A stretch of 64,000 bases of DNA from Candidatus Saccharimonadales bacterium (lineage in GTDB: Bacteria > Patescibacteriota > Saccharimonadia > Saccharimonadales > Saccharimonadaceae). Where the stretch lies: assembly GCA_044340745.1 (NCBI GenBank), contig JBIISZ010000005.1:795-64794 (forward strand), written 5' to 3'. This document shows positions 48,373 to 58,374 of this stretch, piece after piece (the first letter of the stretch is position 1; the number at the start of each line of letters is the position of its first letter). The notes under the pieces were generated by a model. That model made no database searches, was not told the DNA's origin, and saw only the letters and a list, made by a program, of their open reading frames with translations. The translations under genes were made by a program, and so were the position numbers.

Positions 48373-49263
48373 ATGCTCCACCACGAAGCTGACCACCACG
48401 CAGTTACCCCCGATACCGACGCCGACAAAGAGCCGGTAGGGTTCGCTGCGTTCGCGGCGCGTCTCAAAGAACGTGCCCGCGAGGAAGGCAAAGTGACGGC
48501 TCTCGACCATCTTCACGAACTTTACCGAGCGAATGACCAAGAGGCGCTCGATACGTACATCGACGACCTCGTGTATGAAGCACTGCAGAATGACGAAGAA
48601 TTCCTCGATAACATACAGACGCTTCGTGAAGCCCGCAAAGCAAACGGCACAGGTGCTGAAAATGAAGACCTCCGCCGTAGGCAGAACGAGATCTTTAACG
48701 AATACAAGCGGAACCTTATTAGTATTTCTGGCCTTCCTGAAGCCGTAGGGCAGGATGAGTACGAAGAAGCCAAAAAGCGTATCCAAGGCATTATTGCCGA
48801 ACATGTTACGACGCACGATGGGACGGACGGTGTTCTCGGTGCGTTAGGTATTCTTACCCTTGATGATGAAGGCAGGGAAATCTTTACCTACCCACGCGGT
48901 CTTTTCCCGGCGCAGACTGACCAGAAATGGGATCTTTATTTGGAACGGGTACAGAACCACCTTCGAAAAGAACGTGGTGTTGTCGTCGGTACGCTTGATA
49001 AAGACGAACTAGAAGATGCTGATAAAATGCGCCGTACCGCTCACGACTCGGCGACGCGTGACGTCCATAGCCTTCTTGGTTTAGATACGATTACCGATGG
49101 CCAATGGGATTTCAAGAAAACTCGTGCCATGCTTGGGAAGATGCGTGACAGCAAGTTTCCGACGGTAGAGACGGCCGAAAAAGGCCGCACCACCGAGCAG
49201 GTCCTTCGAGCTGCTAACGCCTTAGGTGTGCTGAGTACGAAGATCTCTGACCTTCGCCGATAG
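48373..49263 (+). CDS. Hypothetical acidic helical protein
   Basis: 296-aa ORF with its own promoter TTGCAA-17-TATTAT, 9 nt before ATG. Confidence 0.7.
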   Translation: MLHHEADHHAVTPDTDADKEPVGFAAFAARLKERAREEGKVTALDHLHELYRANDQEALDTYIDDLVYEALQNDEEFLDNIQTLREARKANGTGAENEDLRRRQNEIFNEYKRNLISISGLPEAVGQDEYEEAKKRIQGIIAEHVTTHDGTDGVLGALGILTLDDEGREIFTYPRGLFPAQTDQKWDLYLERVQNHLRKERGVVVGTLDKDELEDADKMRRTAHDSATRDVHSLLGLDTITDGQWDFKKTRAMLGKMRDSKFPTVETAEKGRTTEQVLRAANALGVLSTKISDLRR

Positions 49264-49264
49264 A

Positions 49265-49936
49265 CTACGTTTTGATTTCAACACCGCCAAGAATGGCGCT
49301 CCCGGTCAATATGAGCACCGGACCTTTGTGGCTGTCATCACCTTGTGATTTATTCTCTACACCACCGGCGATAGGGGCGACTTTCGAGACGACTTTCCAG
49401 TCACGAGGGACACGGATTTCAATACCACCGAACAGGGCGAATACGTCAAGGGTGGCTTCTTTTTTAATTTTAGCGTCCCGTAGGTCAAGCATGGCACCGC
49501 CGAAGATGGCAGTCACTTTACCACCTTGGTAGTCATCGGATTTGTTCACTGTTTCTGAGCCACTGAATAATACGGAGATATCATCGGCATGGTGGGTGGT
49601 AGTTGGAACCTTGCTGCGGTTCTTGTGCCCGATGAGTACGGAAAGCCCGACGGCTACCAATACGACCGGAACGATCAGCTCGAATACGCTGAATTCAACC
49701 AACGAGTGGTTTTTGAGCAGGAGTAATCCACCGACGATAACCAACGCCAAGGCCCAGATGTAGTTGCGCCGTGCATCGTTTGCGAAAGTAATAACCCCAC
49801 CGATAATAATGAGGGCTGGCCACCAAGTACTGAAGTAGCCCCAGAACGAAATGACGTTCAGGGTGTCCAGTAGGGCGCCGAGCCCGATGATGATAATGAG
49901 TATTCCGGTGACGTAGCGTGAGAGAGTCTGTTTCAT
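49265..49936 (-). CDS. LiaF/DUF2154-like membrane protein (cell-envelope stress family)
   Basis: Four N-terminal TM helices; FGGAMLDLRDA...ALFGGIEIRVP...GGVE...LGGVEIK beta-repeat C-terminus. Confidence 0.8.
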   Translation of the reverse strand: MKQTLSRYVTGILIIIIGLGALLDTLNVISFWGYFSTWWPALIIIGGVITFANDARRNYIWALALVIVGGLLLLKNHSLVEFSVFELIVPVVLVAVGLSVLIGHKNRSKVPTTTHHADDISVLFSGSETVNKSDDYQGGKVTAIFGGAMLDLRDAKIKKEATLDVFALFGGIEIRVPRDWKVVSKVAPIAGGVENKSQGDDSHKGPVLILTGSAILGGVEIKT

Positions 49937-50014
49937 GAGCCAAGTATAGCATATTGACATTTTATTAAGTTTATGCTTAAATAGAAATATAACTAATTAA
50001 AACAAAAAGTGTAT

Positions 50015-50212
50015 ATGTCATTATTCAGCTACCTACAATTACAACCCATTGATCCGCAGGATGACGGCACTACCAGTGACCTTGATACCTTCGATGAAGA
50101 TGAGACAATCGACCTTACTCAGGATGCCGACGGGGAAGAACTCATCCATGAATGGGAACAGATCGAACGCGACCTCCATGATTCAGCCGGTATCGCTGAC
50201 CATGACGCGTAG
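50015..50212 (+). CDS. Small very acidic hypothetical protein
   Basis: 65-67-aa ORF downstream of TTGACA-17-TTAAAT (49954-82). Confidence 0.5.
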   Translation: MSLFSYLQLQPIDPQDDGTTSDLDTFDEDETIDLTQDADGEELIHEWEQIERDLHDSAGIADHDA

Positions 50213-50247
50213 CAGTGTTTCACGGAATACGCTATACTAAGTAAAGT

Positions 50248-50637
50248 ATGAATATCTCTAATGAAGCGTTTGATGCCCTCGTGACGAAGGCGATGGACGA
50301 CTTGCCGCAAGAATATATAACCGGCCTAGAAAACGTGGCTATTTTGTATGCCGATGCCCCTGATGGGTACCAGGTTGAAAAGTCTGAACTCCATGAAGGC
50401 GGGCTATTGTTAGGGTTGTACGAAGGGATCCCGTTAACGAGCAGGGGAGCGGGGTATACGTTCGTGCTGCCTGATAAGATCACCTTATTTAAAGATGCCC
50501 TCCTTACTATATCGCGTACGCCGGAAGAATTATTTGAGAATGTAAAGCGCACTCTATGGCATGAGATCGCTCATTATTACGGGCTCGACCATGATCGGAT
50601 CGACTTCCTGGAGCAACGTGGGCCACTTCCATCATAA
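50248..50637 (+). CDS. Zincin-like metallopeptidase (DUF1025 type)
   Basis: LLGLYEGIPLT...LPDKITLF...TLWHEIAHYYG. Confidence 0.85.
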   Translation: MNISNEAFDALVTKAMDDLPQEYITGLENVAILYADAPDGYQVEKSELHEGGLLLGLYEGIPLTSRGAGYTFVLPDKITLFKDALLTISRTPEELFENVKRTLWHEIAHYYGLDHDRIDFLEQRGPLPS

Positions 50638-50765
50638 GCTTGGCTCGTAGCGCCTTTAATCCGCTCATGCTATACTAGAGGCACGTTCAGTATATAGCGA
50701 GCCGATGCGAGGGGGTCAATATAAAAACCGGAACGGGAAGTGTTTCTAGCTACGCGGTAAAAGCC

Positions 50766-51380
50766 TTGGTGTTTTTATGCGCCGTGCTATCGTTCGCATC
50801 AGTATTTGCACTTATTTCCTCTCGGCAAGCTTCTGCCGAGAGTTTCTTATTACAGACGGTCCGCTGTACGGTTCGGACGCTACTGGCGGCGGAATGTGTG
50901 AAGCCTGGCGCTGGTTCTGTCACGCCTGTATCACCAAGTACAGCACCGAGCCAGACGGCCGCACCGGCACCTTCGCCGGAGCAATCTATGAATACTCAGG
51001 CCGCTCCGCCTGCGCAGCAGCCGGTTCAAGGAGGGGCGGGGGTGGCGGGTTCGTCACCTACAGTAGGTATCCAAGGGATGTCCCCGTTGACCCCTGAAGA
51101 AGCGGGCGTGCAGGAAGTAGAGCGCCCGGTAGCAACTCAAATGCTTCATACCTATGCAGGACCGTCTATACAGCTTGCTGCTATGCCGTTAGAGGCGTTC
51201 GGCGCTCGATCGGTCGCTGAATCGAGCCCGGTACTCGCGACTACCGAGGGGTGGCATATCTTTGGCATCGCTTGGTATTGGGTGCTCCTACTGGGCGGGG
51301 CAATAACAGGGGTGGTATTGTTGTTTCGGCGGGATATATTTAAGAATTCTTTCAGTGTTGTCAAAAGGGAGGCGCGGTGA
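50766..51380 (+). CDS. Exported Pro/Ala/Gln-rich protein with a C-terminal FGIAWYW-TM anchor
   Basis: Signal-like N-terminus, low-complexity linker, C-terminal TM helix plus basic tail; start uncertain (the frame is open from 50679). Confidence 0.65.
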   Translation: MVFLCAVLSFASVFALISSRQASAESFLLQTVRCTVRTLLAAECVKPGAGSVTPVSPSTAPSQTAAPAPSPEQSMNTQAAPPAQQPVQGGAGVAGSSPTVGIQGMSPLTPEEAGVQEVERPVATQMLHTYAGPSIQLAAMPLEAFGARSVAESSPVLATTEGWHIFGIAWYWVLLLGGAITGVVLLFRRDIFKNSFSVVKREAR

Positions 51381-51497
51381 TACAGTTAAGAAAAATACAA
51401 AAGTCAAAAGCAGATATTTTGTAATAACTAAGGTGATGCGAGGAAAATAGCCAGGTGGGACGAGCTATTTTCACACCGTACGTAAGGGGAGAGTTCC

Positions 51498-54308
51498 ATG
51501 AGAATAGCAGCTCGGGCGTGGGCGCTCGGTAAGAAAACCACATTGATTACCACAGCATTTGTTCTGGCAGTAAGTACTTTGACGGCAGCGGTGCCGTTTA
51601 TTTTGTCTCAGAGGGCGGGGGCAGCGCCGCTTGATGTTTGTGCGTCCGGTTGTGCGTACACTTCCATTCAAGAGGCTATCAACCTTGCGAATGCCGGCGA
51701 TACTATTTCTGTCGCATCAGGTGTATATAATGAAAAAATCGACGTCAACAAAGCTGTAAGCATTATCGGTGCTGGTGCTGCTACCACCCGTATTGTCGCC
51801 CCGACAGCTAACGATACAACCGTTAACTTTGGGTCGACTGGCGCAACGGTATCCGGCTTTACTATTACCCACGAGTATACGCAGGCTGAAAAAGATGCTT
51901 GGGACTTTAATAATATGGGGGTTAATTTTAACGGATCTGGTAACACGCTCTCTAATAGTACGGTGCTACACAACCGGAACGGTATCTATATTAATCAACG
52001 GACTTCTAATAAGATCATCAACAATGTGATTACGGATAACCGTACCGGTATACATTTCGCTGGAAACGTTAACGGGACGGTGGTCACGGGAAACACGGTG
52101 AGTAACAACTGGACGCTTGGACTTGTGTACTATGATATTTCCGGCACATCAGTTAACTTTAGTACACTAGCCGTTACGGGAAATACATTCACTGGAAACT
52201 GGTACAGCGAGATTCTCGTAAAAGACGCTCCAGGCGCTTCAGGGGTTCTTGATGTCGAGGGGAATACATTTACCGACACGCCAGTGACGTATTCCACGTC
52301 GGCTGACGCAAGCTTGAACGAACCTGGATTCGCGAGCCAGCGTCCTGTATCTTTCGGTGGTGCGGCGGTTGCCCCATCCACGCCGCTTCCAACCCTGCGT
52401 ATCTATAACAGCGCACCGGCGGCTACGATTAGCTACGATTCGACCGCACCTTCTGTTGCGGCGACTGCAAACGGTGTGGCGCTCCCAGAAAACCTTTCTA
52501 CGAGTCCGAAGACATATATCCGTGGTCAGGCTCAAACGACTTTCGTAGCACAGCTTACGGATAGCGGTAGTGCGCCAAGAGAAGCGTACATCGAATTCTT
52601 CCAGGCCAACTGGGATGGAAGCTACGGAAACTGGCGTAAGGATAACACCAGTGCGGGTGATGTCCGTTACGGAAGTGCACCGCAGCTCACTGTTGACACT
52701 TCTGCGTTGAACGGTCGCTACGGACTCAAGGTAGTGGCGAGCGACACGCTTGGCAATACGAAGACGACGTACCACTATTTCACTATCGATAATAAAGTTC
52801 CTACGGTAACGGTCAAGCCAGCAGGTTCTATCGTTGAAGGGTCTTCGTCTGATACTGGTCCATATACCTACGTAAGCTTTAAGCTTTTTGATGAAGACGG
52901 CAACCTTAAGGAAGTCGTGCTCAACGGAAATGTCTATGCACGCGGTGGAACGTGGAATGACTTGAACTGGTCGAATATTACCGCATCACACCTACAACAA
53001 GGCACTAACACGATTATCGTACGAGACTACGCAGGGAACGAGTCAAACGTAGAATTCGTATACGATACGGTCGGTCCAGTGGCACCGACGCTCACGACGC
53101 CTGATTGGTACGTCACGAGCGGTTTTGCGAAGACGCTTAGTTGGGCTGCGCCAGCTGATAACGATGTAGCGTACTACGAGTACGCAGAGTACAACAATAC
53201 TCCTCCAACTTCTGATGTGACTATACCGAGTTGGATGAAAGTCATCGCTGCGCCAAACACTACCACTACCGATACCGCTTGGCAGAGTAACGTGACGATC
53301 TACTGGCGTGTCCGCGCCGTGGATACGGCAGGGAATAAGGGTGCATGGAGCGAAACGAGGACTATCGTGTCTGACTATGTCGACCCTACGGCATCGGTCG
53401 GCACTGCGACGGTAAACGGTGACCAACTTAGCGTATCTGCAAGTGCAAGCGATGACCTATCTGGTGTTCAAAGCATTTCCATCGGCCTGTACGACCTTTC
53501 AGGAAATAAGATTGGTGACATCAGTAACCAGACGTTTACCGACCATGAATTGAACAAGACCGTCGATGTAGTTGGTTTCGACCTTGATGATCTCCCATTG
53601 AACCAAAACGGTACATTTGAAATCAGGGTGTCTGCAAGGGACTGGGCGAATAATGAATCAAATGTAGCCACTACTGAGATTAGCGTATTTGTCGATCGCG
53701 ATAGCCCGGAGGTGACGATTTCGAGCATCTCCACGACCGACACAACCCCGCTTCTTAGCGGCACCGTAGATGACGCCGACCCGAACACTACGGTCGTGGT
53801 CAGTATCGATGGAGAAGAGTTCACAGCAACCAACAATGGTGACGGCACCTGGAGCTACCAGGTATTGACGCCACTTACTCTGGGAACGTATGTGATTAGC
53901 GTTATAGCAGAAGATAGTAGAGTTAACGTAAGTAGCGTAGATAGCGGCACGCTTACAATCTTCGCCCCCGTCCTATCTACGACTGACGAGCCTGTCGTAG
54001 ATGAAACATCGACCGACGCTCAACCTCAAGATACTTCGACGGCGAACCTGCCATTAGCATTCGGCCCAGCTGCGAACTTTGCCGTACTCGGTACGACGAC
54101 GGACGTTCCTGCGGGCGATACCGAAGACACCGATCAAGACGTCCAAGGTGCCACGACGGACGACATCATCGCTCAGGCGCTTGATGCGACAAATAACACT
54201 GACGGTTCAGTGTTCGGGCTCGCTTGGTACTGGTGGTTGGCGATCATCGGCGGCGCTGCGGTGATCATCTGGGGTGTCGCTTCGGCGATCCGCGGTCGTC
54301 AGTCATAG
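51498..54308 (+). CDS. Surface protein: right-handed beta-helix (NosD/pectin-lyase-like) plus Ig-like/FN3-like domains and a C-terminal FGLAWYW-TM anchor
   Basis: YTSIQEAINLANAGDTISVASGVYNE, Asn-ladder repeats, DTTPLLSGTVDD...TWSY Ig-like domain. Confidence 0.82.
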   Translation: MRIAARAWALGKKTTLITTAFVLAVSTLTAAVPFILSQRAGAAPLDVCASGCAYTSIQEAINLANAGDTISVASGVYNEKIDVNKAVSIIGAGAATTRIVAPTANDTTVNFGSTGATVSGFTITHEYTQAEKDAWDFNNMGVNFNGSGNTLSNSTVLHNRNGIYINQRTSNKIINNVITDNRTGIHFAGNVNGTVVTGNTVSNNWTLGLVYYDISGTSVNFSTLAVTGNTFTGNWYSEILVKDAPGASGVLDVEGNTFTDTPVTYSTSADASLNEPGFASQRPVSFGGAAVAPSTPLPTLRIYNSAPAATISYDSTAPSVAATANGVALPENLSTSPKTYIRGQAQTTFVAQLTDSGSAPREAYIEFFQANWDGSYGNWRKDNTSAGDVRYGSAPQLTVDTSALNGRYGLKVVASDTLGNTKTTYHYFTIDNKVPTVTVKPAGSIVEGSSSDTGPYTYVSFKLFDEDGNLKEVVLNGNVYARGGTWNDLNWSNITASHLQQGTNTIIVRDYAGNESNVEFVYDTVGPVAPTLTTPDWYVTSGFAKTLSWAAPADNDVAYYEYAEYNNTPPTSDVTIPSWMKVIAAPNTTTTDTAWQSNVTIYWRVRAVDTAGNKGAWSETRTIVSDYVDPTASVGTATVNGDQLSVSASASDDLSGVQSISIGLYDLSGNKIGDISNQTFTDHELNKTVDVVGFDLDDLPLNQNGTFEIRVSARDWANNESNVATTEISVFVDRDSPEVTISSISTTDTTPLLSGTVDDADPNTTVVVSIDGEEFTATNNGDGTWSYQVLTPLTLGTYVISVIAEDSRVNVSSVDSGTLTIFAPVLSTTDEPVVDETSTDAQPQDTSTANLPLAFGPAANFAVLGTTTDVPAGDTEDTDQDVQGATTDDIIAQALDATNNTDGSVFGLAWYWWLAIIGGAAVIIWGVASAIRGRQS

Positions 54309-54326
54309 CGCGACGATGCTCATACT

Positions 54327-54356
54327 CAAAGCCCTTACGTTTGTAAGGGCTTTTTG
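54327..54356 (+). terminator. Intrinsic terminator
   Basis: AAAGCCCTTAC-GTTT-GTAAGGGCTTT followed by TT. Confidence 0.8.
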
Positions 54357-54372
54357 ATATACTTTAGGCACT

Positions 54373-55323
54373 GTGAAAACAAAACAAACAACAGGAAAAA
54401 AACGAGTGACCGCGGCAGCGAAGCGTCCGACGACGCTTTCGCGCAAGGTGGCGCATCACACGAAGAAACTTCTTGTGCCCCATAAGGCGAACGACTATCG
54501 GCCGCACTTGGTGCGCTTGCATGGGATTATCGCGGTACTCGGTATCGCATTGGTGGCGCAGGTTGCGTATACTTTGGCGGCTACGGGCACGTTCGGGGTC
54601 ATGGGGCGGGCGGCGGATATCTCTACCGTCGAACTGTTGACTGACACGAATGCGGAACGTGAGGCGCAGGGGCTACGTGCCCTTACATTGAACGACCAAC
54701 TAAGCCAAGCTGCCTACCTCAAGGGCCAGGATATGCTGGCGAATGACTATTGGGCGCACGTATCGCCTAGCGGTGTCGAGCCATGGAAGTGGTTTAGTGA
54801 TGCAGGATATAACTACAGTACGGCAGGTGAGAACTTAGCGAAGAACTACCCAGATGCCGAGGCGACGGTCGCCGCATGGATGAATTCCGAGACCCACCGG
54901 GCGAATATTCTCAACGATACGTATCAGGATGTTGGGTTCGCGGTCGTTGAGGGCGAGCTACAGGGCAAAGAGGCGACAGTGGTCGTTGCCTTGTACGGTG
55001 CACCGGTAACGGTCGCCGCGGTTGCCGAACAAGCGGTAAACCGGGTCCAACCGGCATTTTCCGCTTCGGCAGTATCTCAGAATTCGGATGGACCGCTGGA
55101 GTATTTCGGATCGGCAGTAGGGTCATTGAGCCCAGTGACGGTCATGACCCTTGGGCTGCTTGGGCTGGTGGCGATCGTGGGTGTATCTGCGCACCATTAC
55201 CGCGCGAAGTTACCGAAGGCGTGGAAGAAAAGTTGGCGTTTGCATCACGGGTTGTATACATTCCTCGGCATGATTAGCTTGGGCGTACTGGTGATTTTGG
55301 CTTCGGGAACCGGCCAACTCTAA
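54373..55323 (+). CDS. CAP/SCP domain membrane protein
   Basis: TNAERE...LSQAAYLKGQDM...YWAH...AGENLA...WMNSETHRANIL...VGFA. Confidence 0.9.
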   Translation: MKTKQTTGKKRVTAAAKRPTTLSRKVAHHTKKLLVPHKANDYRPHLVRLHGIIAVLGIALVAQVAYTLAATGTFGVMGRAADISTVELLTDTNAEREAQGLRALTLNDQLSQAAYLKGQDMLANDYWAHVSPSGVEPWKWFSDAGYNYSTAGENLAKNYPDAEATVAAWMNSETHRANILNDTYQDVGFAVVEGELQGKEATVVVALYGAPVTVAAVAEQAVNRVQPAFSASAVSQNSDGPLEYFGSAVGSLSPVTVMTLGLLGLVAIVGVSAHHYRAKLPKAWKKSWRLHHGLYTFLGMISLGVLVILASGTGQL

Positions 55324-55368
55324 ATATACGCATCCCGTAACCTTGAGCAGTATGCTATATTCATATAT

Positions 55369-57885
55369 ATGAATCGCGCGTATCGTGGGTTTACGCTAGT
55401 TGAGGTGCTCGTTGTCATAGTCGTCGTGGCTATACTTGCAACAATTGTTTCACTTGGATTGAACGGGTATTTGGCTCAAGGTCGTGACGCGCAGCGATCT
55501 TCTAGTATGGTATCGGTCAGTGAGGCATTGGAAAAATATTATGATGCCAACGGTGAGTACCCGGGATGTACGGCGATGTCGGCGTCGCCTTCGAACGTTG
55601 TTAAAAACACTTTGACCGGTGTAACTGAGGATCTGTTCGTCGACCCTCGCGATTCGGGGACCACAACTTCGATTACTTGTGACGACATCGAATCAGTATC
55701 GGGAAATAAATATCAGTACCGCGGTGATGGAAGCGAGACTTGTGCGACAGGCCAGGCGTGTCTTGCGTATACATTGCGTTATCGTGAAGAGCAAAGCGGC
55801 ACAATCAAAGAAATTGACAGCCGTCGGAAAGTATCTATTTCTACCTCTGGTATTCCTGACCTTGCGGCAAGCGGTACCGGCATTACCCGCATCACCACCA
55901 ACTGGAATATGGTGCCTAACTCTACAGGCTACCACCTGCAGGTGTCTTCAAATGCGAGCTTCAGTAGCCTTGTTGTAGACGAAACATATGAAGCATATTC
56001 TGAGGTGCTAACGGGCCTTGGGTACAATACGACATACTATCTTCGTATCCGTGCGGTGAGTTCAACCGGAAGTGGTAACTGGTCGCCGACGGTTACTGCG
56101 ACGACCCAGGCGTTGTCTGCTCCGACTGTCAGTGCATCAACGACTGGTATGACCTCATTGCGTGCGACGTGGGGATCGGTGAGTAGCGCGACCGGATATA
56201 CGGTTCAAATTGCGAGGAACACCGCATTTACGACTGAGTTACAGACGTTCACGGCAAGCGGCACGTCCCAGAACTTTAGCGGCCTCGATTACAACACAGC
56301 GTACTATATCCGTGTCCGGGCGGTTGCGAACAGCAATAACGGGCCATGGTCGGCAACGGTCACCAGAACGACGGACGACTTGGATCGTCCAACACTGAGC
56401 GCCAGCACCTCAAGCCTTACTTCTTTGAGTGCAAGCTGGACGGCGGTGCCAACTGCGACAAGTTATACCCTCGAACTATCGACAGTTAGTTCATTCAGTA
56501 CGATTACCCGTACAATCACCGCTACGACAACCTCAACCTCTATTACTGGCCTTAGCTACAATACGACATACTACCTTCGCGTGAAGGGCGTTTGGAGCGG
56601 CAACCAAGGGCCATGGTCGAACGTTGTAACCCGCTCAACGGATAGCCTTGATGCACCGACGGGCTTGTCGGCAACTGCGCTCTCGACCTCTTCTATCAGC
56701 GCGGACTGGGACGCTTCAGTAGGGGCCTCATCCTATCGCCTTGAGTGGTCCACTTCGAGTAGCTTCTCTTCTTTGACCGGCTCGGCGGAAGGTATCACTT
56801 CGACCGCACGCTCAGCGACCGGGTTAAGCTCTAATACGCTGTATTACTTCCGTGTGCGGGCTGTTTGGTCGGGAAATAGTGGTCCTTGGTCATCGGTCGC
56901 AAGCGCGCGGACCGACATGGCGAACCCGACAGGCACGACAATCACTGCGGCCATGAGCGGATCGAACGCGGTCGGCACCGCATCGGCATCGTGTGCGAAC
57001 GGGTCTCCACAGTACCAGATCCGTTATCGAAGCACGAACACCTCTACGATGGGCACATGGTCTTCATGGAGTTCTTGGACGGCGACGACGACAAGGAGTG
57101 TCGCGACTGCACAAGGCTACCAGTACGGCTTCCAGGTCCAGTCTCGTTGTATCTCAGGCTCTTACATAAGTGACACCGTGTCACCGACTACTGTAGCAAC
57201 GACGGTGCGCGCCTTTGCGGCACCTGGTGCACCGAGTGTTTCGGCAAGTACCTCAGGCGGTACGACAACCTTCACCCGAGGTGGCGTCACCTGTTCTGGA
57301 AATGGCACGGCCGAATATCGCTACCGACGCTCACGAGAGGGTGACTATTACAGCTATAGTGGTGCGACGACAGGGAATAGCGCCACGACCGACACAACGA
57401 GCCAAGGCTGGAATTATGGTATGAACTGGCAGGGGCGCTGTAAGAATATTTACAACACTGGTCCGTTTGGCAGTGAGGGGCGTGCGACGTATCTTCGACC
57501 TGTCGGTAGGCCGAATGGCTACAGTTTCAATATGTGGCGTGAATCATCAAGTGTAATTAAGGGTACTGTCTCAAACTCATGCGACACCGGCGCGACATTG
57601 TATGGATACTTCGACGTCTGGGCACCATCGAACTGGCCATGGGTTAACCCAAGTACTGGTACAAATGAGGGACGCTATGGTTGGCGTCGCGATAGCTACG
57701 GTTGGGTCGGAGGGCTTAACTACTGGGCGAATACCATAACGACCGGTGCTACGACGAGCAGGTCAGGGGGTATCCCTAGCGGCACCACATGGCGCGTCGC
57801 TGGGCATTACAAGTGTCAGAATATGACAACAGGTCGTAATAGCGGTGACTTTGTTTACGGGGAAAGTGGAGCCTACGGGTTCTAG
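55369..57885 (+). CDS. Prepilin-type protein with tandem fibronectin type III domains and a Cys/Trp-rich tip
   Basis: G|FTLVEVLVVIV; four clear FN3 repeats (W...Y...YYxRVRAV...GPWS) and two degenerate ones. Confidence 0.87.
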   Translation: MNRAYRGFTLVEVLVVIVVVAILATIVSLGLNGYLAQGRDAQRSSSMVSVSEALEKYYDANGEYPGCTAMSASPSNVVKNTLTGVTEDLFVDPRDSGTTTSITCDDIESVSGNKYQYRGDGSETCATGQACLAYTLRYREEQSGTIKEIDSRRKVSISTSGIPDLAASGTGITRITTNWNMVPNSTGYHLQVSSNASFSSLVVDETYEAYSEVLTGLGYNTTYYLRIRAVSSTGSGNWSPTVTATTQALSAPTVSASTTGMTSLRATWGSVSSATGYTVQIARNTAFTTELQTFTASGTSQNFSGLDYNTAYYIRVRAVANSNNGPWSATVTRTTDDLDRPTLSASTSSLTSLSASWTAVPTATSYTLELSTVSSFSTITRTITATTTSTSITGLSYNTTYYLRVKGVWSGNQGPWSNVVTRSTDSLDAPTGLSATALSTSSISADWDASVGASSYRLEWSTSSSFSSLTGSAEGITSTARSATGLSSNTLYYFRVRAVWSGNSGPWSSVASARTDMANPTGTTITAAMSGSNAVGTASASCANGSPQYQIRYRSTNTSTMGTWSSWSSWTATTTRSVATAQGYQYGFQVQSRCISGSYISDTVSPTTVATTVRAFAAPGAPSVSASTSGGTTTFTRGGVTCSGNGTAEYRYRRSREGDYYSYSGATTGNSATTDTTSQGWNYGMNWQGRCKNIYNTGPFGSEGRATYLRPVGRPNGYSFNMWRESSSVIKGTVSNSCDTGATLYGYFDVWAPSNWPWVNPSTGTNEGRYGWRRDSYGWVGGLNYWANTITTGATTSRSGGIPSGTTWRVAGHYKCQNMTTGRNSGDFVYGESGAYGF

Positions 57886-57894
57886 TAGGAGTAT

Positions 57895-58302
57895 ATGATG
57901 GATAAGAAACGAAAAGTGTTGTTGATACTAGGAGGCGTGATCCTGTTTATCGGGGTAGTCGCCGCCGCGATAGCAATAGCTTATGCTGTCCAGCCAAAAG
58001 AGGCTACCCCGGAAGGTGAAAATGGCACTGTACAGCAGGACCCCGACGAGAGCGTCGCTACCCCTGAATTGCAACCTATCCAGGCCGCGGAAACCTTGAA
58101 AAGCGAGGGCCGTGCCGCACTGGACAAGCGCGAGTATGATCAGGCGATGACGAAATATGCCGAAGGCAAAGCATTATACGACAAAGCAGGCGACACAGGT
58201 CGCGCGTCAGAGTTTGAAATGCTAATTGAAATAGCCGCGAACGAAAAAGAGGCAAGCGCGAACGTGGTGAATGAAGAAGTATTGGTCGGAACAGGTAATT
58301 AG
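57895..58302 (+). CDS. Single-TM hypothetical protein with a TPR-like helical pair
   Basis: N-terminal TM helix; AETLKSEGRAALDKREYDQAMTKYAEGKALY; AGGAG SD. Confidence 0.6.
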   Translation: MMDKKRKVLLILGGVILFIGVVAAAIAIAYAVQPKEATPEGENGTVQQDPDESVATPELQPIQAAETLKSEGRAALDKREYDQAMTKYAEGKALYDKAGDTGRASEFEMLIEIAANEKEASANVVNEEVLVGTGN

Positions 58303-58374
58303 TACCAAGCAACTTTACAAATCTGCACACCTCTGTTACAATTACATACTGATTGTTAATAAAAGGAATCAAGA

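Noticed and set aside
50215-50232. parS-like TGTTTCACGGAATACG
   Set aside because: About four mismatches to TGTTTCACGTGAAACA and not palindromic.
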